DNA of 63,255 nt from Chrysochromulina tobinii (Eukaryota), in NCBI GenBank assembly GCA_001275005.1, contig JWZX01003271.1, positions 1 to 63,255 of the forward strand, written 5' to 3'. A model generated the notes under the pieces. That model was not told the DNA's origin, made no database searches, and worked only from the letters and a program-made list of their open reading frames with translations. Made by a program: the position numbers and the translations under genes. This document shows, one piece after another, positions 42,313 through 53,318 of this stretch; position 1 is the stretch's first letter, and each line of letters begins with the position of its first letter.

Positions 42313-42494
42313 CCGCGCCGCGGAAAGTCGGCTCCCGCCCACCTCGGCGCGTTGACACACAGAGTTCCGCCAACCTCGCCCACCGGGGTCGATTATCAGC
42401 TGAATGTAAATCCTATGCGCCAAGGAAGATTGACCTGCTGGAGGGCAGGACCACGTGTTTCGACAGAGGCCTCCTCGTGCGCGTTGGTTTCAAC

Positions 42495-43995
42495 ATGAAA
42501 GAGCGCGAAGGCGCGGCGCGGCGCGCGCCTGCACCAGGCCTCGATTCCGTCGCGGACATACGTCAACTCCTCCTTGCGCAGCAATTTGCGGAATTCGTCG
42601 CTGCAAACGAAACCGAAAAATCATTTCGTGCAGACACCCCTCATCGGCTCGTTCCCGTCCACGGGCTTGCCGCAGCCATGGGCTGCTCTCACAGCCGCTC
42701 ACTACAGCCGTTCAACGTGCCCCTTCAGGGCCTGCCCTCGAAAGCGCTAGCGCAGGATAGGAACTCGCCCGACGGCTTTCCGCTCAAGCCTCTTGACGAG
42801 GCTATCCTGAGCTTGCTGAAGGAGGTGCAGCCGGAGGTGCTGCCCTCGCTGGACCTGCCACAGCTGGAGGTTATCAGCAGCATCGCATTGAGGCGCTCGT
42901 ACGAAGCGGGCTCGACCGTCGTGCAGCAGGGCGAGCTGTACGACAGCCTCTATATCGTCGAGTCCGGCGATGCAGAGGTCCTGTGCGATGGGAAACGGCT
43001 GGGCAGCCTCGGGCCACGCCAGCACTTTGGCGGGCGCGCCCTCCGTCAGGGAGCAGCGCAGCCGGCCGAGATCACCATCGTGGTGCCAGCGGCCGAGGGC
43101 GGTCGCGGCCAGGCGCCGCTGCAGTGCGTGCGCATCTCGGCAGCGAGCTTCTGTGAGGCGCTCGGCCCGAATGCATGCAGGATTGCAGCCGCGACGCCGC
43201 TGCCGATGCCCGCAGCCGAGGCGGCGGCGGCCGCCGCCGCGGAGGATGCAACGGCGCCGGTCGTTTGGTTTTACGTCGACAGCAAGCGGGAGCGGCAAGG
43301 GCCGATGCGTCGGCACACGTTGATTGAGCGGCTCGAAGGAAAGGCACCGCTGCCAGAGAGTACCCTCGTCTGGACGCCGCCCATGGAACAGTGGCACCAA
43401 TTAGACGGTGTCGCAGAGCTCACGAACGCCCGCGCCGCCCGCGCTGCGCGCGCACGGGCCAAGGCGCACGAGGAGCGATGCCTGGCGCTCGACGTGGCGT
43501 TCACAGCGGCGGTGACAGCGTCCCTGCCCCAGAGCTTGGTCGACCACTTGAACCTCGCCATCCAAGTGGTCGCGGAGCAGCTGCTCACCCACCGCGAGGC
43601 GGCCGCAAGTGCCCTCAAATTTCTCGTCACCCCCGCCCTTGCCCCGGCTGGGGAGCCTAGCGCTGCCCTGAGCGCTGCCCCCTGCCCTCTGCCCGCTGCC
43701 CTCGTCCGCCAACGCGCCGACATTTGGCGCCTCGCCCGCGCCCGCCGCCTCGGCGCCCTCCGCCCCCGAGGCCGCCGCCGACGAGGTCACTGCATCAGTT
43801 CCGGAGGCCCTCGACTCTCCCGCCTCGGAGATGGAGCAGATGGCTCTTGCGAGAGCCCCCGCCCCAGCGAGCTCTGCTGCATGCACTGCTGGGATTGAAG
43901 CGGCCACTTTAGGCGCCGCAGCACCCGCGTCCGCTGCCACGGCCGCCACCTCACCCCACGGTGTGGCTGCGGAGCTGCATGTATTTCGTTCATAG
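42495..43995 (+). CDS. cNMP-binding domain plus GYF_2-like domain protein; probable +1 frameshift near 43690
   Basis: YEAGSTVVQQGE..LYIVESG..LGPRQHFG; WFYVD..QGP...TLVWTPPMEQW. An Ala/Pro-rich tail reads in the next frame to TAG at 43993. Confidence 0.7.
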
Positions 43996-44204
43996 CGATG
44001 AGAAAAGTAGATGATCTCGTTTTGCCATGCATGCAAACCCCGACGTTTCTTTTTTTCGGAGAGCCGCTTCACATTTCGGCGAGCCTTCACGCATTTCGGT
44101 CGCTGTCGGGCGAAGGCCGAAGCCGAAGTCACCCGACCTGGAGCGGGCGCATCGCGACCTGAGAAGCGGGTAAGGCGCGCGGCGTGACTCGACTGTGGAC
44201 CCAG

Positions 44205-44759
44205 ATGGCCCTTTCGCCAGCATGGCCCATTGCTCCCGCAACGCGCCGGCCTCCGAGCATCATGCCTGTACGCGACCCTAAGTTTGGCTTCCACAGCCCG
44301 CGGCGGCACGCTGGTGTGCCCGAGCCCCTAGCCTCCCAGCTCCGCTCTGGCACGTACGCGACGAAGCAGCAGGTGTACCTCGGAACGTGGCGCGGCGGCA
44401 TCATTGGCACGGCGGCGAATTCATCTCCTCGTACTCCTGACAGCGGTGCTACGATCGTGACCCCTTACGAGGTGTGCCAGCAGAGCTCCATAACAAGGAG
44501 CGCCTCACCTCGCGACACCGCACGCGCCGTGACGCCCGGGCTCGCAGAAGACAGGCGCGGGCCCAAGCGGCTGGGGCTTCCCGACAGGTTTGGCATGCGC
44601 GGTGTGATTGTGCGCGAGCGTGGCTATTGCGGGCCTGAGCACGCGGGCTTGTGGCCACATCAGCTCGACACGCGCCACAACAAGGTGTACGCGACCGCCG
44701 AGCGGCTGAGCAGCGCAGGGATCAGCTTGCCTTGGGCACAGTCGCGCACGCCAGCTTAA
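44205..44759 (+). CDS. Hypothetical protein
   Basis: ORF filling the intergenic space; no recognised domain. Confidence 0.45.
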   Translation: MALSPAWPIAPATRRPPSIMPVRDPKFGFHSPRRHAGVPEPLASQLRSGTYATKQQVYLGTWRGGIIGTAANSSPRTPDSGATIVTPYEVCQQSSITRSASPRDTARAVTPGLAEDRRGPKRLGLPDRFGMRGVIVRERGYCGPEHAGLWPHQLDTRHNKVYATAERLSSAGISLPWAQSRTPA

Positions 44760-45291
44760 CGCCAGCGGAGCGTAGCGTAGGGCAAAGTAACTGTCTCTTC
44801 TCGCGCCGGTATGTGCATGAGTATGTGCATGAAGCATTGATTGATAGTGATTGATCGTAATTCAGTCGTAGTGTCGTTGTGTGGATCGAGGCACCTACTA
44901 TAAAGTCAAGTCAAGTAAACGTCAAGTCAACTCACAAGTGTCATGTCGACACCTCGCGGCACACGGGCGCGTTCCTACACTCCACACACAGATCACGAAG
45001 CAACAGATCACGCGAGCTCGAAGCGTCAAGGAGTAAGGACCCGACTGTCGGACTACCCCAATACAAGGAAACAAGGGACACTCAAGGGCCCCAATATCCC
45101 CAGCCCAAGTGCGCCAAGAGGTCACTGGAGCACAGCGCGATCGGCGATGACGAGCGCGCCGTCTGCCACTTGTGAGCGCAGGTGCAGGACTCACTTTCGG
45201 AAACGGCACTCTTTTCTCACGCGAAAAAAGCGTCAGCGCGTTCACTGAGGGGGTCAAGCACGAGGTAGTGGGTCGGCCCAAGCGTCGCGAG

Positions 45292-46740
45292 ATGCACGCC
45301 GTCGCCGCGATGACGCTCGCGTTAGCGAGCACCGCGCTGCAGTTCCGTCCAGTGGGCACCCCCACGTCCCAGCAGTCACGGCGATCATTCTTTCATGGGG
45401 AGCGTTTGGGCGCGCCGCCAAGGCTTGTGGTGCCAGTTGGCAGCCGCGACGAATCGGCGGTGGCTGCAAGCGCACTTGATGAACCGCCGCGTGCAGCTGC
45501 AGCCGCGCCAGCCGCGCCGCTCGCGCCGCTGGTGGTGCTCAGCCTCGTTCCGCTCGCGTGGGGCACATACGGCCCGGCGATCAAATCGCTGTACAGCCTG
45601 GAGGCGCCACCGCCCGAGCTGCTCTTCAACTGGATGAACTACGTCGTCTCGGCGGCGACGCTGGTGGTGGTGTCGCTCGTGCGCGCGCAGCTCGAGGCGC
45701 CCAGCAATCCATCCGCTTCCTTAGCGGGAGACAGCTCCTCCTCTGCGAGTGCCTCGGGTGCCTCGGATGGCGCGGACGGCTCCGACGTCTCAGACAGTCC
45801 GCGCAGTGCGATGCTCGCGGGAGCCGAGCTTGGTGGGTACCTGTTCCTCGGCTCGACGATGCAGATCTTTGGGCTGCGGTACACGAGCGCGGGGCGCGCC
45901 GCCTTCCTCGTCCAGCTCACCACCGTCATCGTCCCCCTCCTCGACGCCCTCCTCGTGACCAAGCAGCTGCCCAGGCCGCGCGTTCTTGGCGCTTGCCTCC
46001 TCGCCTTCAGCGGCGTGCTGCTTCTGACCGCGGGCGGCGGCGGCGGCGAGGGTGAGGGCGCAGCGGCAGTCGCGGCGCTGGCTGGCGGCTTTGGAGGGCC
46101 AAGCCTAGGCGATGGGCTCGTGGGCGCTGCGGCTCTCATCTACTCGATGCACGTGGTGCGCCTCTCATACCACGCCCCGCGGCTGAACCCGTTGCGGCTG
46201 GCGCGTGCGAAGGAGGTGTCGCGGCTCGGGTACGCGTCGGCCACGCTCGCGGTGGGGGTGGCTCTCTCGAGTCAACAGGCAGATGCCCTCGGCGCTTTCG
46301 TCGCCAGCTTCGGCGATGCGCCAGACGCGGCGCGCCTCGCCCTCGGCATCGTGCTGTGGAATGGAGTGGTGACCACAGCTTTCCCCACTTGGGCACAGTC
46401 GTTTGGGCAGGCGCGCGTGAGTGCGGGCACGGCACAGGTGCTCTACTCCCTCCAGCCTCTCTGGTCTTCTCTCTTCGGATTCCTTCTCCTCGGTGAGACC
46501 TTTAGCGCCGCGGGGGGCGCTGGCGCCGCCCTGATCCTCGCCGCCGTCCTCCTCGCTGGCACCGACGCCGGAGCGGGCGAGAGCACCCAATTGGGCGTGA
46601 GCGTAACCACCGATGCCGCGTTGGTGGACGCTGATGTCGACGGCGCGGGAGCGGTTAAGGGAGGCGCTGGGCTCGTGGTGCCCGTGGCGGCTGCGCTGCC
46701 GGGCAAGGAGGAGGAGCCTACGGGCAAGCCTTCGCGATGA
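45292..46740 (+). CDS. EamA/DMT-family transporter with N-terminal targeting peptide
   Basis: LAWGTY, GAELG..LFLG..QIFGLRYTSAGRAAFLVQLTTVIVP, GDGL, QSFGQARV, YSLQPLWS..LLGE. Confidence 0.88.
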   Translation: MHAVAAMTLALASTALQFRPVGTPTSQQSRRSFFHGERLGAPPRLVVPVGSRDESAVAASALDEPPRAAAAAPAAPLAPLVVLSLVPLAWGTYGPAIKSLYSLEAPPPELLFNWMNYVVSAATLVVVSLVRAQLEAPSNPSASLAGDSSSSASASGASDGADGSDVSDSPRSAMLAGAELGGYLFLGSTMQIFGLRYTSAGRAAFLVQLTTVIVPLLDALLVTKQLPRPRVLGACLLAFSGVLLLTAGGGGGEGEGAAAVAALAGGFGGPSLGDGLVGAAALIYSMHVVRLSYHAPRLNPLRLARAKEVSRLGYASATLAVGVALSSQQADALGAFVASFGDAPDAARLALGIVLWNGVVTTAFPTWAQSFGQARVSAGTAQVLYSLQPLWSSLFGFLLLGETFSAAGGAGAALILAAVLLAGTDAGAGESTQLGVSVTTDAALVDADVDGAGAVKGGAGLVVPVAAALPGKEEEPTGKPSR

Positions 46741-46820
46741 GAATCTCGTGTTCGCGGAGATGTAGTCGCGTTACTGAACTTTTACGGTTTCGAGGCGAAA
46801 CCACAATTTCACGCACCGCG

Positions 46821-48080
46821 ATGGCAAATTTCAACTCGCGCCATTCGTCCCGCTCCGAGTGGCGCGCGCTGCGTGAGCGCAGCCTTCTGAAGAAACTGCT
46901 CGCCGCAGCGTCCGTCGACGAGAGCGCCGTGCTGTCTGAGATCGACGGCGCTCTCACGCGCCAGGACAAGACCGTTTCCGAGAGGCTGGAGCGGCTGGGC
47001 GCCATGGAGGCAGCCATGCAGGAGGCACGGCTAGCCTTCGCGGCAGACGTGCGCGCGATCACCGAGCGTGTCATGTGCGCGCGCGACATGTGCTTGCTCG
47101 AGGCGGCGGCATCGCGCGGGCACGACGGGTTGCACGGCTTGCGGCTGCTCGGCGAGCTCAACCCGCCGTGGATGGTATGGGAGGAGTTGGCGGCCGCTGA
47201 TGGCGCGCGCGAGGCGTTCAAGCGGCTTGCGGCCGCACTCGAACAGACGCGTGTGGCGCGCAGCCACGCGCTTGCGCAGACACTCGCCAGTGAGGTGAGC
47301 GCGCGCCGCGGTCGGCACGGCGGCCAGCGCCCACCACGGATGCTGGCGCATGCGGACGTGGGAGCGGTTCTGACGGCGCGCGACGTGGCGCACCTGCGCG
47401 CCGGTGGATGGCTCGACGTTCCGCCTGGCGCGCCCTTTTTGCTCTCGCCTGCCGCCATGCGCGAGGTCGAGCGCGACCTGCGCGCGCACGTGTCTGTCTC
47501 GGGTACCGAGTCGACATCTTCATGCAACCAACGCGCGCGCACGGCGGCAGTGCCACTGCTCGGCGAGGGATTCGCGCTCTCGGCGCCGACACGTCGACTA
47601 CTCGCGCTGCTCGCCGCGCTGCCCGCCGAAATCGAGCGCCATGGCTGGCCGCGGCCTCTCCAGCTGCCGCCGCTCGTGCAGCTCGGGTTGTACACGGGAT
47701 CGAGCGGTGCGCGCTACTCAAGACACCTCGATAGGAACGCTTGGGAGAAGCATAATCGGCGCGAGATCACAATCCTGCTGTACGTCAACACAGAATGGGA
47801 CGCGGCCACGCAGGGCGGCTGCCTTCGCCTCCATCCAAACCCCGCCAGCGCCGCCCACGCCGCCAATGCCGCCCACGCCGCCAACGCCGCCCACGCCGCC
47901 ACCTCGGCACCAGTGGGCGTGGCTCCCGTCGACGTGGCGCCGCTCGCGGGCCGCTTGGTGCTCTTCCCCTCGGCCACGCAGTACCACGAGGTGCTCCCGT
48001 GCACTGGCTGCGCTGAGCGGCTTGCCCTTACGCTTTGGGTCGAGTTCGGAGATGATGCAGCCAGATCCGGGGAGACCTGA
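46821..48080 (+). CDS. 2OG-Fe(II) oxygenase, EGLN/PHD prolyl-hydroxylase-like
   Basis: YSRHLD, REITILLYVN, GGCLRL, PLAGRLVLF, HEVLP, RLALTLW. Confidence 0.85.
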   Translation: MANFNSRHSSRSEWRALRERSLLKKLLAAASVDESAVLSEIDGALTRQDKTVSERLERLGAMEAAMQEARLAFAADVRAITERVMCARDMCLLEAAASRGHDGLHGLRLLGELNPPWMVWEELAAADGAREAFKRLAAALEQTRVARSHALAQTLASEVSARRGRHGGQRPPRMLAHADVGAVLTARDVAHLRAGGWLDVPPGAPFLLSPAAMREVERDLRAHVSVSGTESTSSCNQRARTAAVPLLGEGFALSAPTRRLLALLAALPAEIERHGWPRPLQLPPLVQLGLYTGSSGARYSRHLDRNAWEKHNRREITILLYVNTEWDAATQGGCLRLHPNPASAAHAANAAHAANAAHAATSAPVGVAPVDVAPLAGRLVLFPSATQYHEVLPCTGCAERLALTLWVEFGDDAARSGET

Positions 48081-48502
48081 CAGCGTCAGCCGACTGGAGC
48101 AGAGCGTGGGTTGGTAGCGTAGAAGGAAGTATACGGTCGGGTGCGTGCCGTGCGTACGGTCTAGCGCGTACGGACTACGGCCCTCTCTCGGCGTTCGTTG
48201 AAGGTGTAAGTTCGCGGAGTCATGTATGCTCTTTAGACTTTTAGGAAGCATGTGAGGAGCTGACACACCGAGCACGCGTACCCGGACACCCGCACGGCAC
48301 CAGCCATTACGGGTGCGCGCGAGGGCTCAGCGAGCTTTCATAGCGACCACGGCGGAACGCCCATCCCCTCCGCGGCCACACACGGCCGACGAGGAGAGGT
48401 GCGATTCGGTAGAGGAGTGATAGGCCTCGGCCTGGCGCGAGCGCGTGGCCGCGTCTGCTCGCAGCCTCTCATGCCAGCCCATCCCGCCTAGAGCGGTTGA
48501 GT

Positions 48503-49048
48503 CTAGAGCCCGAAGAGAGATGGCTTCTCCTCGCCGGACGCCTCCCGAGCTGAGATGCGCTCTGCCTGTTTGTTGACCGTCTGCACGGCGTACTTGCTCT
48601 TCTTATCGCTCGAAGTGGCCCCGGTGGACTTCTTCTCTCCCGAGGCAACTACTTTCTTCTCCGCCGCCGCCGCCGCCGCTGCGGCGGCCTTTTTGGCCTT
48701 GGCATCCTCGATGGCGGCCAGCTTCTTCGCCTCTCTCTCCGCAATCGTCTTCTGCGCCTTCTCGTACTCGGCGGCCGCCTTCTCCTCCTGCTCCTGCTGC
48801 GCCCGCTTCAACGCGTCCTTCTTCGCCTGAAACGCCGCATCCTTTGCGGCCTGCTCCGCAGCAAAGTCATCCAGGCCTGCAAAGTCCCCGAGTCCGGCGG
48901 CCAATGTCGTAGTCGGAAAGATGGAGGACGCGGCGGCAGAGCTGCTCAGGACCGCCGGGCGCGGCGCGACCACAAGCTGCTCCATTGGCGGGGGCGTGGC
49001 GAGCCACGCCATCATCACCGCCGCAGTGCAAGTGAGCAAGGCAACCAT
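48503..49048 (-). CDS. Hypothetical protein with targeting peptide and Lys/Ala/Glu-rich helix
   Basis: Hydrophobic N-terminus and charged coiled region. Confidence 0.55.
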   Translation of the reverse strand: MVALLTCTAAVMMAWLATPPPMEQLVVAPRPAVLSSSAAASSIFPTTTLAAGLGDFAGLDDFAAEQAAKDAAFQAKKDALKRAQQEQEEKAAAEYEKAQKTIAEREAKKLAAIEDAKAKKAAAAAAAAAEKKVVASGEKKSTGATSSDKKSKYAVQTVNKQAERISAREASGEEKPSLFGL

Positions 49049-49163
49049 CGTCGGGTCGGAGATTGGTAAAGTCGCGGAAAAGCACCGTCCGTGTGTGACT
49101 GTGAAGGTCATAATGACGAAACTGATCGGAAGACTGACTGACAACGGCAGCGTGAAGGTATTC

Positions 49164-51242
49164 TCATTCGGCGACCTCGGCCTTCCACGCCTCCTCGAGG
49201 CGCGCCTCGAGCGCCGCCGTCGCCACGCTCAGCAGCTTTGGCTCGAGAGAGGCGGCCATGAGGCGCGCGGCGTCGCATTCGAGGACGAGGCCGAGGTCGA
49301 AGAGCTCGGAGGGGTCAGCGGCGAGGAGGGCCTCCTCGTGCAGCGCAAAGGCCGCCGCCGCGGCGCGTAGCAGTGCGACCTGCCCGTCCACAAAGAGCAT
49401 GTCCCACACGCGCAGTGTGCTCTCGAGGGGCAGCGAGTCGAGGAAGGCGCATAGGAGCCATGAGGTCGATTGCTCCTTGATGGGGACGCCCTCACGTTGT
49501 AAGCGCTCGAGGGCGCGCGGGGTCGTGGCCGCGATCACGTCTAGCAGCGCCGCCTGTGCCACGTGCAATCCTTCCATGCGTGGCGAGTGGTACCGCGGAA
49601 GCAACCGGGCACAGAAGGTTGCAAGGAGCGCGAAGGCGTCGGACGTGTCGGCATGAAGGAGAAGGAGGCCAGCGACGAAGTTGAGGCCCTGGCAGTAGCC
49701 CACACACGGGTTGTGCGCGGCGAGGGCGTGGAGGACGCGCCGTAGCGGCGCGATCAACCCTGCCGCCCCGTGACTGAACCACGGATGGGAAGGGAAGGTG
49801 CGTAGGAGATCGACTGCGATTACACGGTGGGCCGAGGCCAAGGCGGATGCCGCATCATCCGTCGCCGCTACCGTGTCGGCCACCGCCGCCAACTTAGAGC
49901 GCGCGCCGTCGCCGTCGCCGCCTTCGCCGTGTCCGCCCATCCGTAGGTCGCCGTGTCCGCCCATCCTTAGGTCGCCGTGTCCGCCCATCCGTAGGTCGCC
50001 GTGTCCGCCCATCCGTAGGTCGCCGTGTCCCATCCATAGGGCGAGGGGCGCGCCGCGGCAGCTGTGAAGCCAAACGTGCGCACGGTGCTGGAAGGGCACC
50101 CCGCCGACGAGCAGCCGGCGCAGTCGACGCGGGTGCACCTCATCAAGCGAGGCGCAGCTGCAAATGGACGCATTCCACACCCGCAGCTGCATCGCATCCG
50201 TCTCCCACCAGCCACCCGCTGCGTGCCGCGCTTGCTCACTCTGCTCGCGCTCGGCTGCTGCGCCTCTCTGACGCAACGGAGTCTCCATCTCGCGCTGGCG
50301 CTGCCGATGTGTGCGGTGTGGAGTGGAGGGAGTTCCACCCGCTGCGCCGGGCAGCTCAAATCCCAGTGCGTCCAGAGGCGGCATGGCGGCCGCACCGACG
50401 GCCGCACCAGCGCCCACCCTCTGCGCAGCCAATGCCGACTCCGAAGCTGCGAACGGTCGCCACTCGAGGCGCACACAGAGCCGCACACAGAGCTGGCGAT
50501 GACCGTTGGAGGCGCCCGATGATGGCCGCTCCGGCGTCGCCATCATCCGATCCGCAGCCCACGGGACAGCGCCGACGTAAGCCATCTGCGGCGCCTCCGA
50601 GCCGCTCAGCTCGCCGCTCACGACCGAAGAGACGAACGGCGTGAGCGAGAGCGCGTCGGCGTGCAGGGTGCACGCTGCGAGCGGCGTCCCGCCGCCGTCG
50701 CCGTCGCTCTCGCACACAATCGCACGCAGAGGCACCGGCTGCGCGGGCGCCGTACGCGCTCCCGCCGTGCCCTCTGCCAGCACGGGCAGCGCAAACGCCT
50801 GGTTCCACTCGCGCAAGCACGCATCGCCACCACCCGGGCTACCGCGGAGTGCGTGCGAGCGCACCACACCCTCGCCGAGTCTGAGCTCCACAAACAGGGC
50901 CGCCTCGGCGTCGAGGAGCTCTTCGGCCGCCGCGCCGGCGATCGGCTCGAGCGCCAACAACCGCACCATGATCACGCCCACGCACGCGTCGCGGTCTGCT
51001 GGAGGTGGAGGTTGCGGCGCTTGTGGGAGCGGCGATGGAGCGAACGATGGGCTCGCTGGCGTGGGCGCATCGCGTCGGGCCTCCCACTTGCGTTGCAGCG
51101 ACGCGCTCTCAGCAAGCAGTTGCTCGACGAGCTGCTCGAGGGCTGTCACCTTGGCTGACTCCTCAGCAGCGAGCTGCTCGGCCGACTCGGCACGCTGGCG
51201 CAGGCGCACGAGCTGCTTCTCCTCAAAGTGCGAGCTATTCAT
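49164..51242 (-). CDS. Coiled coil, C2-like domain and Rab-GAP TBC domain protein
   Basis: GGVPFQHRAHVW, IAVDLLRTFP, GYCQGLNFVAGLLL, LPLESTLRVWD; C2-like WNQAF. Confidence 0.88.
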   Translation of the reverse strand: MNSSHFEEKQLVRLRQRAESAEQLAAEESAKVTALEQLVEQLLAESASLQRKWEARRDAPTPASPSFAPSPLPQAPQPPPPADRDACVGVIMVRLLALEPIAGAAAEELLDAEAALFVELRLGEGVVRSHALRGSPGGGDACLREWNQAFALPVLAEGTAGARTAPAQPVPLRAIVCESDGDGGGTPLAACTLHADALSLTPFVSSVVSGELSGSEAPQMAYVGAVPWAADRMMATPERPSSGASNGHRQLCVRLCVRLEWRPFAASESALAAQRVGAGAAVGAAAMPPLDALGFELPGAAGGTPSTPHRTHRQRQREMETPLRQRGAAAEREQSEQARHAAGGWWETDAMQLRVWNASICSCASLDEVHPRRLRRLLVGGVPFQHRAHVWLHSCRGAPLALWMGHGDLRMGGHGDLRMGGHGDLRMGGHGDLRMGGHGEGGDGDGARSKLAAVADTVAATDDAASALASAHRVIAVDLLRTFPSHPWFSHGAAGLIAPLRRVLHALAAHNPCVGYCQGLNFVAGLLLLHADTSDAFALLATFCARLLPRYHSPRMEGLHVAQAALLDVIAATTPRALERLQREGVPIKEQSTSWLLCAFLDSLPLESTLRVWDMLFVDGQVALLRAAAAAFALHEEALLAADPSELFDLGLVLECDAARLMAASLEPKLLSVATAALEARLEEAWKAEVAE

Positions 51243-51589
51243 GTGATCGCCCGACAGCGCCAAGGATCGCTGTTGGGCGTCATTCCGCTCCGACTGTTGC
51301 TGGCTGCTGGGTGTCGAATTCTAAACATTGGCTGTGAAACACACAACGCGCGCTCTCCGGACCCCCAAGCACGGGGGCCGCTATCGCAATGGACGCTCCG
51401 ACTTGGCCACTGTGCCGCGACGGCGCGTTATGCTGTGAACGGCTTTTGGCCGGAGCTTGCGGAGTCAGGGGCCCGGAGGACTCACATCGAAAAGCGGGAC
51501 CGCCGTCGTGCGAGCCTAGTGTTTTCACTTTTGTAATATGGCGAGTTATCTGCAAAACAACCGCCCTCCAGCAACAAATACAGTTCAGA

Positions 51590-52676
51590 TTATAACGCCA
51601 CAGAGCCGGGGGCTGGGCCAGGCCTTGGCGAGAGAATCGTGCCCGGTGGCAGGTAGGTAGAGCTCGTGCCGCCGCCACTGCGGCTGAGCGTCGTCTTGAG
51701 CGCGCGCTTGACCTGTGCCTTGGCCGCCCGGATCTGCTCGCGCCGCTCCGCTTTGCGCGCGTCGCGAGCGAGGAGCGCCTCCGCTCGCTCTCGCTCGTCG
51801 GCACTCAACGCATCGGGCGTGGCCGTGTACCGCGCGCGCAGCGCCGCGTTCGCTTCGGCGGAGCCTGCGGCGTTGGTGCCTTGCCATGCGCGCGTCGGGT
51901 CGGAGGGGGGCTTCTGCCGCTTGGCGCTCGGTCCGCCAGCGCCTCTGCCAACGTCCTCGGGGGTCGAGCCACCCTCCGCCGCCGCCAACGGACGCTTGCT
52001 ACCCGCCACCGCAGCCGTGCAGTGCCGTGCCCAATGGCCCAGTTGGCCGCACTTTTTGCAGCGTCCCGTCTCGCCTGCGGCGGCTGCGGCCGCGGCGGCT
52101 GCCGCGACGAAGCTCTCATCAAGGTCTGGACGCGTGGCGATCGGCGCTGGCGCGGGCGGTGCGGCCGACAGCGCCGCCTTCCTCAAGGACACTTTGGGCG
52201 CGTCGTCGTGTTTGGGGCCCTTGGTGATCGTGGCCACCTGCATGAGGCAGCGCGCGTTGCACTTACGGCACTCACGCCGGTACGCAAAGTTGAGCTCGCC
52301 GCAGAACGCGCCCGCCACGCCCATGCAGACCCAGCCGCGCTTCTCGTCCTTCTTGAGCTTGCGGTCGGGGCGCCGCTCGGGCGGCAGCTTGAACAGTGGG
52401 ATGCCCACTGCCACGGGTGCGGCTCCGTGGGTGCTAATAGCGGCAGGCGGTGGTGATGGTCTCGTCGGCGAGCGCCTTGATGGGAGGGGCTGGCAACTCC
52501 TCCTCGCTGAGCTGCACTTGTGCTGGTACACCTGGCTGCTCTTGTCGAGCAGCCGCAGCTTCCTTGAGCTGTGCTTGCTTGCGATCGGAGGCTCGGTCCG
52601 CTGCCTTTTGCTCCTCGAGCGTCCGGCCGCGCTTCTCGGCGCGGCGCCTCATGGCCTCCTCTGATCGCACGCCCAT
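51590..52676 (-). CDS. RanBP2-type and CCHC zinc-finger protein; +1 frameshift near 52455
   Basis: WVC...CGELNFAYRRECRKC and CKKCGQLGHWARHC; N-terminus MGVRSEEA lies in ORF 52434..52703. Confidence 0.75.
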
Positions 52677-53318
52677 TGATGGCTCTGTCGGCTCCGTCCA
52701 CACGCAGGTCGACGTCGCCCAGGATTAATCCAGGGTTCTGCTAATTACTGTCGTCATCGACGGGCCGTCCAGGCCGTTGGACGTGCGCTCCACGGACGCC
52801 CACTCGATGGCGATTGCCATTAGGGCTGGGTCGACTAGTGGGTTTTTTCTCGGATAGCCTAAGGATAGCCACCTCGCGACAGGCACAGCACCCACCGTCA
52901 CACGACAGTACGACTGAGCCTCAGCTCCCCAGTGTCCGTCTCGCCGACGATCGCGGAGCGGCACGTCGACACGGTACATGTAGATCTAGTAGATCCGTCT
53001 GGAGTTCCCAGCGCAGAGGCAGAGACGAAGACCACGGAGAGGAGCGTGGAGCGAGACGACAACCCTCCATGCAACCCTCCCACGTCCGTTCAATCGTCAT
53101 GAGAGAGGCTCACCGCCCGAAAGCGCGCGCGGGGCTGCACTGACTATAGGTGGCTGCACTGCACCATCGGCGAGGCGTGGTCACACGGTCCAATGGATGC
53201 CTCTCTCCACGGATCGTGCGATGCAATAAGGATGCATGTGTGCATGCACGGCCTGGGCCCCTCGACCGTGCATGCATTGGCTTCGCTCAGCCCTCGACCG
53301 TGCATGCATTGGCTTCGC

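Noticed and set aside
44903..44930. (AAGTC)n tracts here and at ~20511 as LINE/SINE tails
   Set aside because: Too short, with no shared adjacent element body.
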